Made by a program: the position numbers and the translations under genes | The notes under the pieces: model-generated | Told to the model about the DNA's origin: nothing | The model's input: the letters and a program-made list of their open reading frames with translations, nothing else | Database searches by the model: none | Origin: an uncultured Oscillospiraceae bacterium | Lineage (GTDB): Bacteria; Bacillota; Clostridia; Oscillospirales; Acutalibacteraceae | Length of the DNA: 55,906 nucleotides | Reading direction: 5' to 3' | NCBI GenBank assembly: GCA_949292505.1 | Contig: CASFAA010000198.1 | Span: forward strand, 1-55,906 | Shown here: positions 29,645-41,892 of the stretch, in pieces | How the letters are laid out: each line of letters begins with the position of its first letter | How positions within the stretch are numbered: the first letter of the stretch is position 1

Positions 29645-30930
29645 TCAAGATGGTCATGGAGGGCGGCGCGTCCGCCAGAGAATACGTCAAGCTTTTGAAG
29701 GAGAGGAACAGCGAGGCGGGCCGCAAGGTCGAGTCCGCCGTCGCCGAGATCCTTGCAAACGTCCGCGCGGACGGCGACAAGGCCGTGCGGATGTACGCCG
29801 ACCGCTTTGACGGCGGCGCGCCGGAGACGCTGGAGCTGCCGCGCGCGCAGGTCGAAGCGCTTGCCGCGCAGGCCGATCCGCTCTTTGTGGAATCGCTCAA
29901 AAGGGCGGCGGAGAACATCCGCGACTTCCACCAGCGCCAGAAGCAGCAGAGCTGGCTGACGACGCGCGAGAACGGTGTCCTGATGGGCCAGCGCATCCGC
30001 GGCCTCGCCCGCGTCGGCCTGTATGTGCCGGGCGGCACGGCGGCCTACCCGTCGTCCGTCCTGATGAACGCCATCCCCGCGAAGATCGCGGGCGTCGGCG
30101 AGATTGTCATGACGACGCCCGTCAAGGCCGGAAAGGCCAACCCGGACATCATGGCCGCCGCGCTCGTGGCCGGCGTCGACCGCGTCTTCCAGGTCGGCGG
30201 CGCGCACGCCGTCGCCGCGCTTGCGTACGGCACCGAGAGCGTCCCGAAGGTCGACAAGATCGTCGGACCCGGCAACATCTTCGTCGCCACGGCAAAGAAG
30301 CAGCTCTTCGGCACGGTCGACATCGACATGATCGCCGGGCCGAGCGAAATCCTCATCCTCGCCGACGAGACGGCCAACCCGCGCTATCTCGCCGCTGACC
30401 TCATGAGCCAGGCGGAGCACGATCCGCTCGCCTCCGCCATCCTGCTGACGACCTCCGCCGACCTTGCGAGGGCGACGGCGGCGGAGCTCGAGCGCCAGGT
30501 ACAGACGCTCTCGAGAAAGGACGTCATCCTCGCGTCGCTCGAAAGCTTCGGCGCGATCATCGTCTGCGCCTCGATGGACGAGGCCATCGACTTCGCGAAC
30601 GAGCTCGCGCCCGAGCATCTCGAGGCGTGCGTCGAGAACCCGATGGAGTACGTCGGCCGCCTCGACAACGCGGGCTCCGTCTTCCTCGGCAATTACTCGC
30701 CCGAGCCGCTCGGCGACTACTTCGCCGGGCCGAACCACGTCCTGCCCACCAGCGGGACGGCGCGCTTCTTCTCGCCGCTCTCCGTCGACAGCTTCGTCAA
30801 GAAGTCGAGCTTCATCTACTACACGAAGGACGCGCTCCTTCCCCAGGCGGACGACGTCATCCGCCTCGCGGAGGCGGAGGGGCTGACCGCCCACGCGAAT
30901 TCCATCCGCGTCCGGAAGGAGGACGCCTGA
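29641..30930 (+). CDS. hisD: Histidinol dehydrogenase
   Basis: GLYVPGGTAAYPSSVLMNAIPA, KIVGPGN, IDMIAGPSE, QAEHD, APEHLE, GPNHVLPT. Confidence 0.97.
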   Translation: MIKMVMEGGASAREYVKLLKERNSEAGRKVESAVAEILANVRADGDKAVRMYADRFDGGAPETLELPRAQVEALAAQADPLFVESLKRAAENIRDFHQRQKQQSWLTTRENGVLMGQRIRGLARVGLYVPGGTAAYPSSVLMNAIPAKIAGVGEIVMTTPVKAGKANPDIMAAALVAGVDRVFQVGGAHAVAALAYGTESVPKVDKIVGPGNIFVATAKKQLFGTVDIDMIAGPSEILILADETANPRYLAADLMSQAEHDPLASAILLTTSADLARATAAELERQVQTLSRKDVILASLESFGAIIVCASMDEAIDFANELAPEHLEACVENPMEYVGRLDNAGSVFLGNYSPEPLGDYFAGPNHVLPTSGTARFFSPLSVDSFVKKSSFIYYTKDALLPQADDVIRLAEAEGLTAHANSIRVRKEDA

Positions 30931-30932
30931 CC

Positions 30933-31997
30933 ATGTACGAGCTCAACGCGAAAATCCGCGACCTCGTCCCGTATGAGCCGATCGCCGGCTCCTACCCGAT
31001 CCGCCTCGACGCGAACGAGTCGTTCCTCCCGCTGCCGGACGGCCTGCGCGCCAGGATCGCGGAGACTGCCGCGAAAACCGCCTTCAACCGCTATCCCGAT
31101 CCGCTCTCCGCGGACGTGACCGCAGCCTTTGCCGCGTACTACGGCATTTCTCCCGACCTCGTCACCGCGGGCAACGGTTCCGACGAGCTGATTTCCATCC
31201 TCAGCACGGCGTTTCTGATGAAGGGCGACGCGGTGATGGTGATTCTCCCCGATTTCTCGATGTACCAGTTCTACGCCTCCCTCGCCGAGGGGCGCGTCGT
31301 CGCCTGCGGCAAGCGGGACGATCTGACGATCGACGTCGACGCGGTCATCGCGAAGGCGAAGGAAGAGAACGTGAGAATGATCGTCTTCTCCAACCCGTGC
31401 AACCCGACCTCCCTCGGCCTTCCCAGGGAGGAGGTGCGCCGCCTGATTCGCTCGGTGGACGCGCTTGTCGTCCTCGACGAGGCGTACATGGACTTCTGGA
31501 ATCAGAGCCTGCTCGGCGAGGTGGAGGAGTATGACAACCTCGTCATTCTCCGCACCTGCTCGAAGGCGATCGGCTCCGCGGCGCTGCGCCTCGGCTTCGC
31601 CGTCGCCCAGCCGCGTTTGACGCGCGTCCTGCGCGCCGTCAAGTCGCCGTACAACGTCAATTCCCTATCGCAGGCCATCGGGGCGCTCGTCCTCGCGGAG
31701 CGCGACTGGGAGGCGAACGCCCGCGAGCAGCTCATTGCCTCCAGAAAATCGCTGCAAACGTCGCTTGAAGCGCTCTCCGCGGAGTTTCCCGGCGCGTTCA
31801 CGCTTTATGACAGCTGCACGAATTTCGTCTTTTTGAAAACCGCCCGCTCGAAGGAGCTCTTTCAGGGCCTCCTCGGCCGCGGCATCGCCATCCGCTATAT
31901 GGGAGACTACCTGCGCGTGACAGCCGGCAACGAGGCGGAGAACGCCGCGTTCCTCGACGCATTCCGCACGCTGCTCAGAGAGGGGGAGACGGCATGA
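30933..31997 (+). CDS. hisC: Histidinol-phosphate aminotransferase
   Basis: LDANES, NRYPDP, GNGSDE, NPCNPT, DEAY.DF, LRTCSKA...ALRLG. Confidence 0.95.
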   Translation: MYELNAKIRDLVPYEPIAGSYPIRLDANESFLPLPDGLRARIAETAAKTAFNRYPDPLSADVTAAFAAYYGISPDLVTAGNGSDELISILSTAFLMKGDAVMVILPDFSMYQFYASLAEGRVVACGKRDDLTIDVDAVIAKAKEENVRMIVFSNPCNPTSLGLPREEVRRLIRSVDALVVLDEAYMDFWNQSLLGEVEEYDNLVILRTCSKAIGSAALRLGFAVAQPRLTRVLRAVKSPYNVNSLSQAIGALVLAERDWEANAREQLIASRKSLQTSLEALSAEFPGAFTLYDSCTNFVFLKTARSKELFQGLLGRGIAIRYMGDYLRVTAGNEAENAAFLDAFRTLLREGETA

Positions 31998-32566
31998 GAG
32001 AGGCTTCCGTCACCAGAAAAACGAAGGAGACCGACGTCTCCGTGCGCCTCTGCCTCGACGGCGGAGACGTCTCCGTCGAGACCGGCATCGGCTTTTTTGA
32101 CCATATGCTCACCGCCTTCGCCGTACACGGCGGCTTTGGCCTCTCCGTCCGGGTGCGCGGCGACCTCGAGGTGGACGGGCACCACACCGTCGAGGATACC
32201 GGCATCGTCCTCGGGAAGGCGCTCGGCGAAGCCCTCGGCGACAAGTCCGGGATTGCCCGCTTCGGCAGTTTCTATATCCCGATGGATGAGAGCCTTGCCT
32301 TCGCCGCGGTGGACGTCAGCGGACGCCCGTTCCTGCGTTTTCAGGCCGATTTCTCGCAGGAGCGCTGCGGCGAATACGACGTCTGTCTCACCGAGGAGTT
32401 CTTCCGCGCCCTCGCGATGAACGCCGGCGTCACGCTCCATCTTCGCCTTGAATACGGCCAGAACGCCCATCACGAGGCGGAAGCGCTGTTCAAGGCGACA
32501 GCGCACGCTCTTCGCCTCGCCGTTTTGGAAAAGAAAGGCTTGCTTTCTACAAAAGGTGTATTATAA
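31994..32566 (+). CDS. hisB: Imidazoleglycerol-phosphate dehydratase
   Basis: RKTKET, TGIGFFDHML, GDLEVDGHHTVED, PMDESL, NAHHEAEALFKA, STKG. Confidence 0.97.
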   Translation: MREASVTRKTKETDVSVRLCLDGGDVSVETGIGFFDHMLTAFAVHGGFGLSVRVRGDLEVDGHHTVEDTGIVLGKALGEALGDKSGIARFGSFYIPMDESLAFAAVDVSGRPFLRFQADFSQERCGEYDVCLTEEFFRALAMNAGVTLHLRLEYGQNAHHEAEALFKATAHALRLAVLEKKGLLSTKGVL

Positions 32567-32567
32567 T
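32540..32567 (+). promoter_or_regulatory. Internal SigA-like promoter overlapping the hisB stop codon
   Basis: TTGCTT-16-TATAAT; the hisB TAA lies inside the -10 hexamer. Confidence 0.5.
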
Positions 32568-32706
32568 AAAGATAGAATCCGAATTGCTGACCGCCTCTCC
32601 AGCTTGACTGCCGGAAAGGCGGCAGGCTTCTTTATTGATACACCGGCGGCGTTCTTTTCGACGTAGGGCGGGGGATTGCCGCTGTGGAAAGGCAAGGGTG
32701 AGAGTA

Positions 32707-33432
32707 TTGATCGTTATTCCTGCTATTGATATTATGAACGGTTGCTGCGTGCGTCTGGTGCGCGGCGATTACGACACTGCCTCTCCGGTCGCGAATGACG
32801 CGGTGCATACCGCAAAGGAGTTCGAGAGGGTCGGCGCGAAATGGCTTCACATTGTGGATCTCAACGGCGCCATCGCGATGGAGCCCGTGAACACGGATCT
32901 GATTCTCAAGATCATCAAGGGCTGCGGCATGCAGATCGAGATCGGCGGCGGCATCCGCGAAATGAAGAACATCGATTCATACCTGTCGGAGGGCGTGTCG
33001 CGCGTGATTCTCGGCTCCGCCGCGATCAACAACCCGCAGCTCGTCAAGGAGGCCGTCAAGAAATACGGCGACAAGATTGCCGTCGGCATCGACGCGAACG
33101 AGGGCATGGTGGCCGCCGAGGGCTGGACACAGATGTCCTCCGTCAATTACCTCGAGCTCGGCAAGCGCATGGACGCGATCGGCGTGCAGTATATCATCTT
33201 CACGGATATCTCGCGCGACGGCACGCTGTCCGGCCCGAACTTCACGCAGCTTGACCTGCTCAACCGCGCCGTCTCGTGCAACGTCATCGCGAGCGGTGGC
33301 GTCAGCAGCCTCAAGGATATCGTCACGCTCGCCGATCTGCAGCTGTACGGCGCGATCTGCGGCAAGGCCATCTACTCCGGCAGTCTGAGCCTGAGTCAGG
33401 CGATTGCCCTGTGCCAGACGGGGAAGGTGTAA
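32707..33432 (+). CDS. hisA: ProFAR isomerase
   Basis: [55 protein letters not shown]; probable TTG start. Confidence 0.95.
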   Translation: MIVIPAIDIMNGCCVRLVRGDYDTASPVANDAVHTAKEFERVGAKWLHIVDLNGAIAMEPVNTDLILKIIKGCGMQIEIGGGIREMKNIDSYLSEGVSRVILGSAAINNPQLVKEAVKKYGDKIAVGIDANEGMVAAEGWTQMSSVNYLELGKRMDAIGVQYIIFTDISRDGTLSGPNFTQLDLLNRAVSCNVIASGGVSSLKDIVTLADLQLYGAICGKAIYSGSLSLSQAIALCQTGKV

Positions 33433-33436
33433 TCGC

Positions 33437-33787
33437 ATGACGCCGGTGGATTTTTCCTTTATCGACGATTATTTTCAAAAGGCGGAGCTCCTTCCCGCGA
33501 TTGTCCAGGAGGACAGCACCGGGGAGGTGCTGATGCTCGCCTATATGAACCGGGAGTCCTTCCGCAAGACGCTGGAGACGGGCTACACCTGGTTCTTCAG
33601 CCGCTCCCGTCAGGAGCTCTGGAACAAGGGGGCGACCTCCGGCCACCTGCAGAAGGTGGTCTCCATTTCGGGGGACTGCGACTGCGACACGCTCCTCGTG
33701 CGCGTGGAGCAGACGGGGCCCGCGTGCCACACGGGCAGCCACAGCTGCTTTTTCCGCGAAATTGTAACGCCAGAAAGGAACACATAA
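33437..33787 (+). CDS. hisI: Phosphoribosyl-AMP cyclohydrolase
   Basis: [45 protein letters not shown]. Confidence 0.95.
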   Translation: MTPVDFSFIDDYFQKAELLPAIVQEDSTGEVLMLAYMNRESFRKTLETGYTWFFSRSRQELWNKGATSGHLQKVVSISGDCDCDTLLVRVEQTGPACHTGSHSCFFREIVTPERNT

Positions 33788-33791
33788 CACG

Positions 33792-34118
33792 ATGAACGAC
33801 GCTCTGAAGCATTTGTACGAGACGGTTCTCTCCCGCAAGGCGGAGAAGCAGGAGGGCTCCTATACCTGCTACCTGTTCGAGAAGGGAACCGACAAAATTC
33901 TGAAAAAGTGCGGGGAGGAGTGCAGCGAGGTCATCATCGCCGCGAAGAACGGCGACAACCATGAGACCGTGCTCGAAATCTCCGATCTGCTTTACCATCT
34001 GATGGTGCTCATGGTCAACGAGGGCATTTCCCTCGAGGACGTGGAAGCCGAGCTCGAACACCGCAGCGAGAAGACGGGAAATCTCAAGCAATTCCATCAG
34101 GTCGACAAAAATTCATAA
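33792..34118 (+). CDS. hisE: Phosphoribosyl-ATP diphosphatase
   Basis: GSYT.YLF.KG.DKILKK.GEE..EVIIAAKN, E.SDLLYHL.VL. Confidence 0.95.
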   Translation: MNDALKHLYETVLSRKAEKQEGSYTCYLFEKGTDKILKKCGEECSEVIIAAKNGDNHETVLEISDLLYHLMVLMVNEGISLEDVEAELEHRSEKTGNLKQFHQVDKNS

Positions 34119-34145
34119 TCGGTCACGGCGCACAGCCTCCGTGAT

Positions 34146-34183
34146 GAAAAAATCGCCAGGGTTCAGCCGCCCCGGCGATTTTC
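34146..34183. terminator. Bidirectional terminator between convergent hisE and rluA-family gene
   Basis: AAAAATCGCC...GGCGATTTT. Confidence 0.6.
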
Positions 34184-34226
34184 GTAAAATGATGAAACAG
34201 GTGAGAGAGGCGTTCTTTACGGGCGA

Positions 34227-35186
34227 TCAGTCCCAGGCCTCGAATTCCGGCAGGAACCACACGTTTTCCGTCTCGAATTCCCGCCCGTTGAGATAGTCGA
34301 GCAGCCCGGCGGGCGTAGTGAACGCGAATTTCAGCTTGTACGAGCACAGCGCCTGATACGGAAAGCCCGTCTCTTTGTTTCGCGCGTTCGTGCCGTACTT
34401 GCCGTCGCCCGCGAGCGGGTGGCCGATCGAGGCGAAATGCGCGCGGATCTGATGCGTGCGTCCCGTCAGGAGCTCCACCTCGAGCAGGCTGTACCGCCGC
34501 TTTTCCTGCAGGACGCGGTATCTCGTTTTGATGCTTTTCGCGCCGGGGGAGGGCTTGGCGGAAATGTAGACGCGGTTCTGGCTCTCGTTTTTCTCGAGAT
34601 AGCCGGTGAGCGTCGCCTCGCGCTGCTCCATATGGCCGCAGACAACGCACAGATACAGCTTGACAAGCTCGCGGTCGCGGACCTTCTGGTTCATGATCCG
34701 CAGCGTCTCCGCGTTTTTCGCCGCCATCACGATGCCGCCGGTGTTCCGGTCGATGCGGTTGATGAGGGCGGGCGCGAAGGAATTCTCCTGCTCGGGGACG
34801 TATTCCCCCTTGTCATAGAGATAGTGCTGCACGCGCGCGATGAGCGAGTCGAAGTGGTACGTCTCGTCCGGGTGGACGATGAGGCCGGGCTGCTTGTCGA
34901 GCAGCATGATGTTCTCGTCCTCGTACACGATGGAGAGCCGCTTCGGCGCCTTGAGGAAGTCGTGCTCCTTTGGGGCGGTCTGGAAAAACTCATCCTTCAA
35001 ATACATGGTGAGGCGGTCGCCCTCCTGCAGGCGGGTCGAAATTTCGCACCGCTTGCCGTTTAATTTGATGTCCTTCTTGCGAATGCTCTTGTAAAGCATC
35101 GACTGGGGAAGGTTCGGATAAGCCTTTGTGAGGAATTTGTCGAGGCGCTGTCCGGCGTCGTTCGGTTGAATGATGATTTCTTTCAT
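34227..35186 (-). CDS. RluA-family pseudouridine synthase with S4 domain (RluC/D-like)
   Basis: GQRLDKFL, DKQPGLIVH, NRIDRNTGG, LLTGRTHQIRAH, GHPLAGD.KYG. Confidence 0.93.
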   Translation of the reverse strand: MKEIIIQPNDAGQRLDKFLTKAYPNLPQSMLYKSIRKKDIKLNGKRCEISTRLQEGDRLTMYLKDEFFQTAPKEHDFLKAPKRLSIVYEDENIMLLDKQPGLIVHPDETYHFDSLIARVQHYLYDKGEYVPEQENSFAPALINRIDRNTGGIVMAAKNAETLRIMNQKVRDRELVKLYLCVVCGHMEQREATLTGYLEKNESQNRVYISAKPSPGAKSIKTRYRVLQEKRRYSLLEVELLTGRTHQIRAHFASIGHPLAGDGKYGTNARNKETGFPYQALCSYKLKFAFTTPAGLLDYLNGREFETENVWFLPEFEAWD

Positions 35187-35375
35187 GCTTACCCCTCGTT
35201 TTTTTCATTTCACAGCCTATCATACCACAGAACAGAGTGGGCCGCCACCTGTTTTTTTTAGTTTTTCATTTCTGCTGGAAGGAGGAGAATCGGCGCCCCG
35301 TTTCCCTTCAGCTGTGCAGCATGTGCCGTGATACACGGGCCAAACTGACATTTCGGGAAAGGAGACATAAGTGAA

Positions 35376-36131
35376 ATGGCAAAGGATACCGTTTCCCTCC
35401 ACACCGGGCATCGAAACAGGATGCGGGAGAGAATTCTGCGGGAGGGTTTGAGTTCCCTCGAGGATCATGAGGTTTTGGAGTACCTCCTTTATCATGTGAT
35501 TGCCCGCCAGAATACGAACGAGCTCGCCCATCGTCTGCTGAACCGCTTCGGTACGCTTTCCGGTGTTCTCGAAGCGCCGATGGAGGAACTCAGCTCCGTG
35601 GAGGGCGTCGGTGTGACGGCGGCCATGTTCCTGCACTCCTATCCCGAGATGTTCCACCTCTATCAGGTTGATAAGGCAAAGAAGGTCAGGCGGCTCTGCA
35701 GCTTTCCGGAGATCGGCGAGTACGCCCTTTCCTGGCTCGCCGGGCAGAAGAGGGAGCAGGTGCTCTTCATTCTCCTTGACGCGATGAACCGGATTTTGCT
35801 CAGCGAGATCGTGTACGAGGGCAGCACAAGTATGTCGGAGATCTATACGCGCGACCTCGTCCGCAAGGCGACACGCTTTGACGCCACCTCAGCTATTCTG
35901 GCCCATAACCATCCGAGCGGCGAATTCTGTCCATCCAGGGAGGACATTGAAACCACCGAGAAGGTGTCGGATGCGCTTCGCCAGGTGGAGGTGATGCTGA
36001 TCGACCATGTCATTGTCGGCGGAAACGATTTTGTCTCCCTCGCCTCCATCGGCTGTCTGCCTCAAATCTTCGACAGCGGCTACTTCGATCAGCCTCCCAA
36101 ACGCCTTGTGGCAGATAAGAAGGGCAAGTAA
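35376..36131 (+). CDS. radC: RadC family JAB-domain protein
   Basis: HTGHR.RMRER, DHEVLE.LL, HhH GVG; LAHNHPSG..PS.ED..T, LIDHVIV. Confidence 0.9.
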   Translation: MAKDTVSLHTGHRNRMRERILREGLSSLEDHEVLEYLLYHVIARQNTNELAHRLLNRFGTLSGVLEAPMEELSSVEGVGVTAAMFLHSYPEMFHLYQVDKAKKVRRLCSFPEIGEYALSWLAGQKREQVLFILLDAMNRILLSEIVYEGSTSMSEIYTRDLVRKATRFDATSAILAHNHPSGEFCPSREDIETTEKVSDALRQVEVMLIDHVIVGGNDFVSLASIGCLPQIFDSGYFDQPPKRLVADKKGK

Positions 36132-36256
36132 CACCGAAACGCGCCGTCGGACCGGATGACAGCAGCGCGAAAAATGAAACAAGATAACCACAAATATGAA
36201 AAGAAACGAAATGAATTGCAGCAAATTTGAAAATAGCTTTCTTTTTTGAAAACCTG

Positions 36257-36285
36257 TTGTTTTTCAAAATTGAGTGTGCTATAAT
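36257..36285 (+). promoter_or_regulatory. Extended -10 SigA promoter with no annotated gene downstream; palindrome overlaps the -35
   Basis: TTGTTT-17-TATAAT with TG extension; TTTTGAAAA-N8-TTTTCAAAA at 36244-36269. Confidence 0.6.
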
Positions 36286-36290
36286 ACCCC

Positions 36291-36428
36291 TTGTTCGCAA
36301 TATTTTGTGCGGATAGGGGAGCGAGGTTATTGCGGCCGGCACGGAAGCCCGTCTTCCGTTTGACAGGAATAACCCGGAGGGGGATCGAAAGGGCGGATTG
36401 GCGTCGTTTCGATCCCTTTTGATTTTTC
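36291..36428 (+). ncRNA. Candidate structured small RNA (or 30-aa sORF transcript)
   Basis: Follows the promoter; hairpins TGTTCGCA/TGCGGATA and GGTTATT[ACGGAAG/CTTCCGT]AATAACC; terminator GGGATCGAAA/TTTCGATCCC plus U-tract. Confidence 0.45.
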
Positions 36429-36463
36429 GGCAAGGCTGGGAGAGAATAACGGTATTTGGTTAG

Positions 36464-36506
36464 AAAAATGAATCGGCTCCCGGCGTATTTCTGCCGGGAG
36501 CCGATT
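36464..36506 (-). terminator. Intrinsic terminator of uvrBA
   Basis: 14-bp stem AATCGGCTCCCGGC/GCCGGGAGCCGATT with U-tract on the minus strand. Confidence 0.75.
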
Positions 36507-36509
36507 TCG

Positions 36510-39347
<2,838 letters not shown>

Positions 39348-39384
39348 CTTCGCTGTCCCAGCCTTTCCTGCGGGCGCTCCGCCG

Positions 39385-41379
39385 TCAGAGCGTTCCCTTT
39401 TCCTGCAGCTTTTTGATTTTATCTCTCAGATAGGCGGCGTGCTCGAACTCGAGAATCTTGGCCGCGGCCTTCATCTCGCGCGTGAGCTGCTCGATCATCT
39501 GCTTGCGCTCCGCGGCGCTCAGGCGGCGCTTTTTGCCGCTTTTGCCGATCTCGTCGTCCTTGTGGGTCGAAATCTCGAGCACGTCGGAAACCTTTTTCAC
39601 GATGGTCTTCGGGATGATGCCATGCTCCTCGTTGTACTTCATCTGGATGGCGCGGCGGCGCTCCGTTTCACGGATGGCCGCCTCCATGCTCGGCGTCACG
39701 GTATCGGCGTACATGATGACCTGCCCCTCCGCGTTTCTCGCCGCGCGCCCGATCGTCTGGATGAGCGAGCGCTCCGATCGCAGGAAGCCCTCCTTGTCCG
39801 CGTCGAGGATGGCGACGAGCGAGACCTCCGGGATATCGAGGCCCTCGCGCAGCAGGTTGATGCCGACGAGCACGTCGAACTCGCCGAGGCGCAGGTCGCG
39901 GATGATCTCCATGCGCTCCACCGTGTCGATGTCGTGGTGCATATACCGCACGCGGATGCCGACGCCCTCGAGGTAGGAGGTGAGATCCTCCGCCATCTTT
40001 TTCGTCAGCGTCGTCACGAGGACGCGGTTCCCCTTCGCGGTGCGCAGGTTGATCTCCGAGATGAGGTCGTCGATTTGCCCGTCCGTCGGCTTGACGGTAA
40101 TCTCCGGGTCGAGAAGGCCCGTCGGGCGGATCACCTGCTCGACGACCTGCGCCGAGCGCTCCCGTTCAAAGTCGCCCGGCGTCGCGCTGACGAAGATCGC
40201 CTGGTTGACGTGGCCGTAAAACTCGTCGAAGTTCAGCGGCCGGTTGTCGTACGCCGAGGGGAGGCGGAAGCCGAAATCGATGAGCGACTTCTTTCTTGCC
40301 TGATCGCCGGCGAACATCGATCGCACCTGCGGCAGCGTAACGTGCGACTCGTCCACAAAGAGGAGAAAATCCTCGGGGAAGTAGTCGAGCAAAGTGCACG
40401 GCATACTGCCCGGCGCGCGGCCGGAGAGGACGCGCGAATAGTTCTCGATGCCCTTGCAGAAGCCGATCTCCTCAAGCAGCTCCGTGTCGTACTGCGTGCG
40501 CTCGCGGATTCGCTGCGCCTCGATCAATTTGCCCTTTTCCTCAAAAAACTTGACGCGCTCCTCCATCTCCGCCTGAATTTCCTGTACCGCCCGGTGCATC
40601 TTCTCGCGCGGGACGATATAGTGCGACGCGGGATAGATCGCCGCGTGCTTGAGGTTCGCCTTGACCTCGCCGGTCAGCGCGTTGATCTCCGTGATGCGGT
40701 CGATCTCGTCGCCGAAAAACTCGACGCGCAGAATGGTGTCGGTGCTCTCCGCGGGGAAGATCTCCACCACGTCGCCGCGCACGCGGAACTTGTTGCGGAC
40801 GAGGTTGATGTCGTTGCGCTCGTACTGGATCTCCACCAGCTTGCGCAGCAGCTCGTCGCGGCTCTTTTCCATGCCGGGGCGCAGGGAGATGACCATCGTG
40901 CGGTAATCGATCGGGTCGCCCAGGCTGTAGATGCACGATACGCTCGCCACGATGATGACGTCCCGCCGCTCGGAGAGCGCGCTCGTCGCCGAGTGGCGGA
41001 GCTTGTCGATCTCGTCGTTGATGGCCGAGTCCTTTTCAATATAAGTGTCCGTCGTGGCGATGTACGCCTCCGGCTGATAGTAATCATAATAGGAGACGAA
41101 ATATTCGACCGCGGACTCCGGGAAAAATTCGCGGAACTCGCTGCACAGCTGCGCGGCGAGCGTCTTATTGTGCGCGAGAACGAGCGTGGGCCGCTGCACC
41201 TGCGCGATGACGTTCGCCATCGTGAACGTCTTGCCCGATCCCGTAACGCCGAGGAGCGTCTGCTCCCGCATCCCGCTGCGCACGCCCTCCGTGAGCCTCG
41301 CGATGGCTTCCGGCTGATCGCCCGTGGGCTGATACGGGGAGCGAAGGAGGAATCTATCCGGTTCTTTCTGTTCCGCCAA
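39385..41379 (-). CDS. uvrB: Excinuclease ABC subunit B
   Basis: [60 protein letters not shown]. Confidence 0.98.
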   Translation of the reverse strand: MAEQKEPDRFLLRSPYQPTGDQPEAIARLTEGVRSGMREQTLLGVTGSGKTFTMANVIAQVQRPTLVLAHNKTLAAQLCSEFREFFPESAVEYFVSYYDYYQPEAYIATTDTYIEKDSAINDEIDKLRHSATSALSERRDVIIVASVSCIYSLGDPIDYRTMVISLRPGMEKSRDELLRKLVEIQYERNDINLVRNKFRVRGDVVEIFPAESTDTILRVEFFGDEIDRITEINALTGEVKANLKHAAIYPASHYIVPREKMHRAVQEIQAEMEERVKFFEEKGKLIEAQRIRERTQYDTELLEEIGFCKGIENYSRVLSGRAPGSMPCTLLDYFPEDFLLFVDESHVTLPQVRSMFAGDQARKKSLIDFGFRLPSAYDNRPLNFDEFYGHVNQAIFVSATPGDFERERSAQVVEQVIRPTGLLDPEITVKPTDGQIDDLISEINLRTAKGNRVLVTTLTKKMAEDLTSYLEGVGIRVRYMHHDIDTVERMEIIRDLRLGEFDVLVGINLLREGLDIPEVSLVAILDADKEGFLRSERSLIQTIGRAARNAEGQVIMYADTVTPSMEAAIRETERRRAIQMKYNEEHGIIPKTIVKKVSDVLEISTHKDDEIGKSGKKRRLSAAERKQMIEQLTREMKAAAKILEFEHAAYLRDKIKKLQEKGTL

Positions 41380-41450
41380 GACGTGTCACCTGCTTTCCCG
41401 TCCGGCGCAGTACGTCCTGCGCGGGCTGAACCTGGCGTATTTTGGAGTAG

Positions 41451-41495
41451 GAACGTTTGTTTGAATATTGTACACTGTTTCCCGTCTCCTGTCAA
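41451..41495 (-). promoter_or_regulatory. uvrBA promoter with LexA (Cheo-type) SOS box
   Basis: TTGACA (41495-41490)-17-TACAAT (41472-41467); GAAC-GTTT-GTTT at 41451-41462 near +1. Confidence 0.7.
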
Positions 41496-41530
41496 GGGTC
41501 AGGCGGGAGGGGAGATCAGATTTCCCGCGT

Positions 41531-41571
41531 GCAAAAAGGACGGCGTCCGCCCGGGACGCCGTCCTTTTTGC
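41531..41571. terminator. Bidirectional intrinsic terminator
   Basis: Perfect 18-bp inverted repeat GCAAAAAGGACGGCGTCC/GGACGCCGTCCTTTTTGC. Confidence 0.8.
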
Positions 41572-41574
41572 CGT

Positions 41575-41838
41575 TCAGCAGGCCCAGCCGCTGACGCGCG
41601 AGCAGCGGCGAATCAGATAGCGCAGAATCAGCTCCCGATCCTCAGGGCTTTCCACGCGCAGCTCCGGGGAGAGGTACCCGTCCGTAGACCGGTTCATCAG
41701 CATCCGAAGCGCGTAGAGCAGGGAGAGCGTGCTGTTGATCGCAAAGGCTGCGCCGTCTTCCATGATGAGGGCGACGTTTCCCTTTGCGTGCTCAAGCAGC
41801 GAGGCAAGCTCTCCTGGAGTAAAGTGATATAATTTCAT
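41575..41838 (-). CDS. Small hypothetical protein (87 aa), possibly HPr-like fold
   Basis: GGAGGG SD 9 nt before ATG, own promoter and terminator; KGNV.L...DG....I.S.LS pattern. Confidence 0.7.
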   Translation of the reverse strand: MKLYHFTPGELASLLEHAKGNVALIMEDGAAFAINSTLSLLYALRMLMNRSTDGYLSPELRVESPEDRELILRYLIRRCSRVSGWAC

Positions 41839-41863
41839 GGGAAACATCCCTCCTTTGCCCCCG

Positions 41864-41892
41864 ATCATAGCACGATCTATTTTGAAATGCAA
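41864..41892 (-). promoter_or_regulatory. SigA promoter of the 87-aa gene
   Basis: TTGCAT-17-TATGAT with TG extension. Confidence 0.6.

Noticed and set aside
32590-32680. Definite ZMP/ZTP riboswitch call before hisA
   Set aside because: Only the 5' TGACTG.CGGAA segment resembles it; the conserved 3' GCC...YGGGC hairpin is not clearly present, so it is kept only as a hypothesis
35376-36131. radC as a marker of a mobile element
   Set aside because: Full-length chromosomal-type RadC with HhH region; no integrase, transposase or att-like repeats nearby
36197-36250. 17-aa ORF MKRNEMNCSKFENSFLF in the AT-rich patch
   Set aside because: No SD, atypical codon usage, and it lies upstream of the promoter
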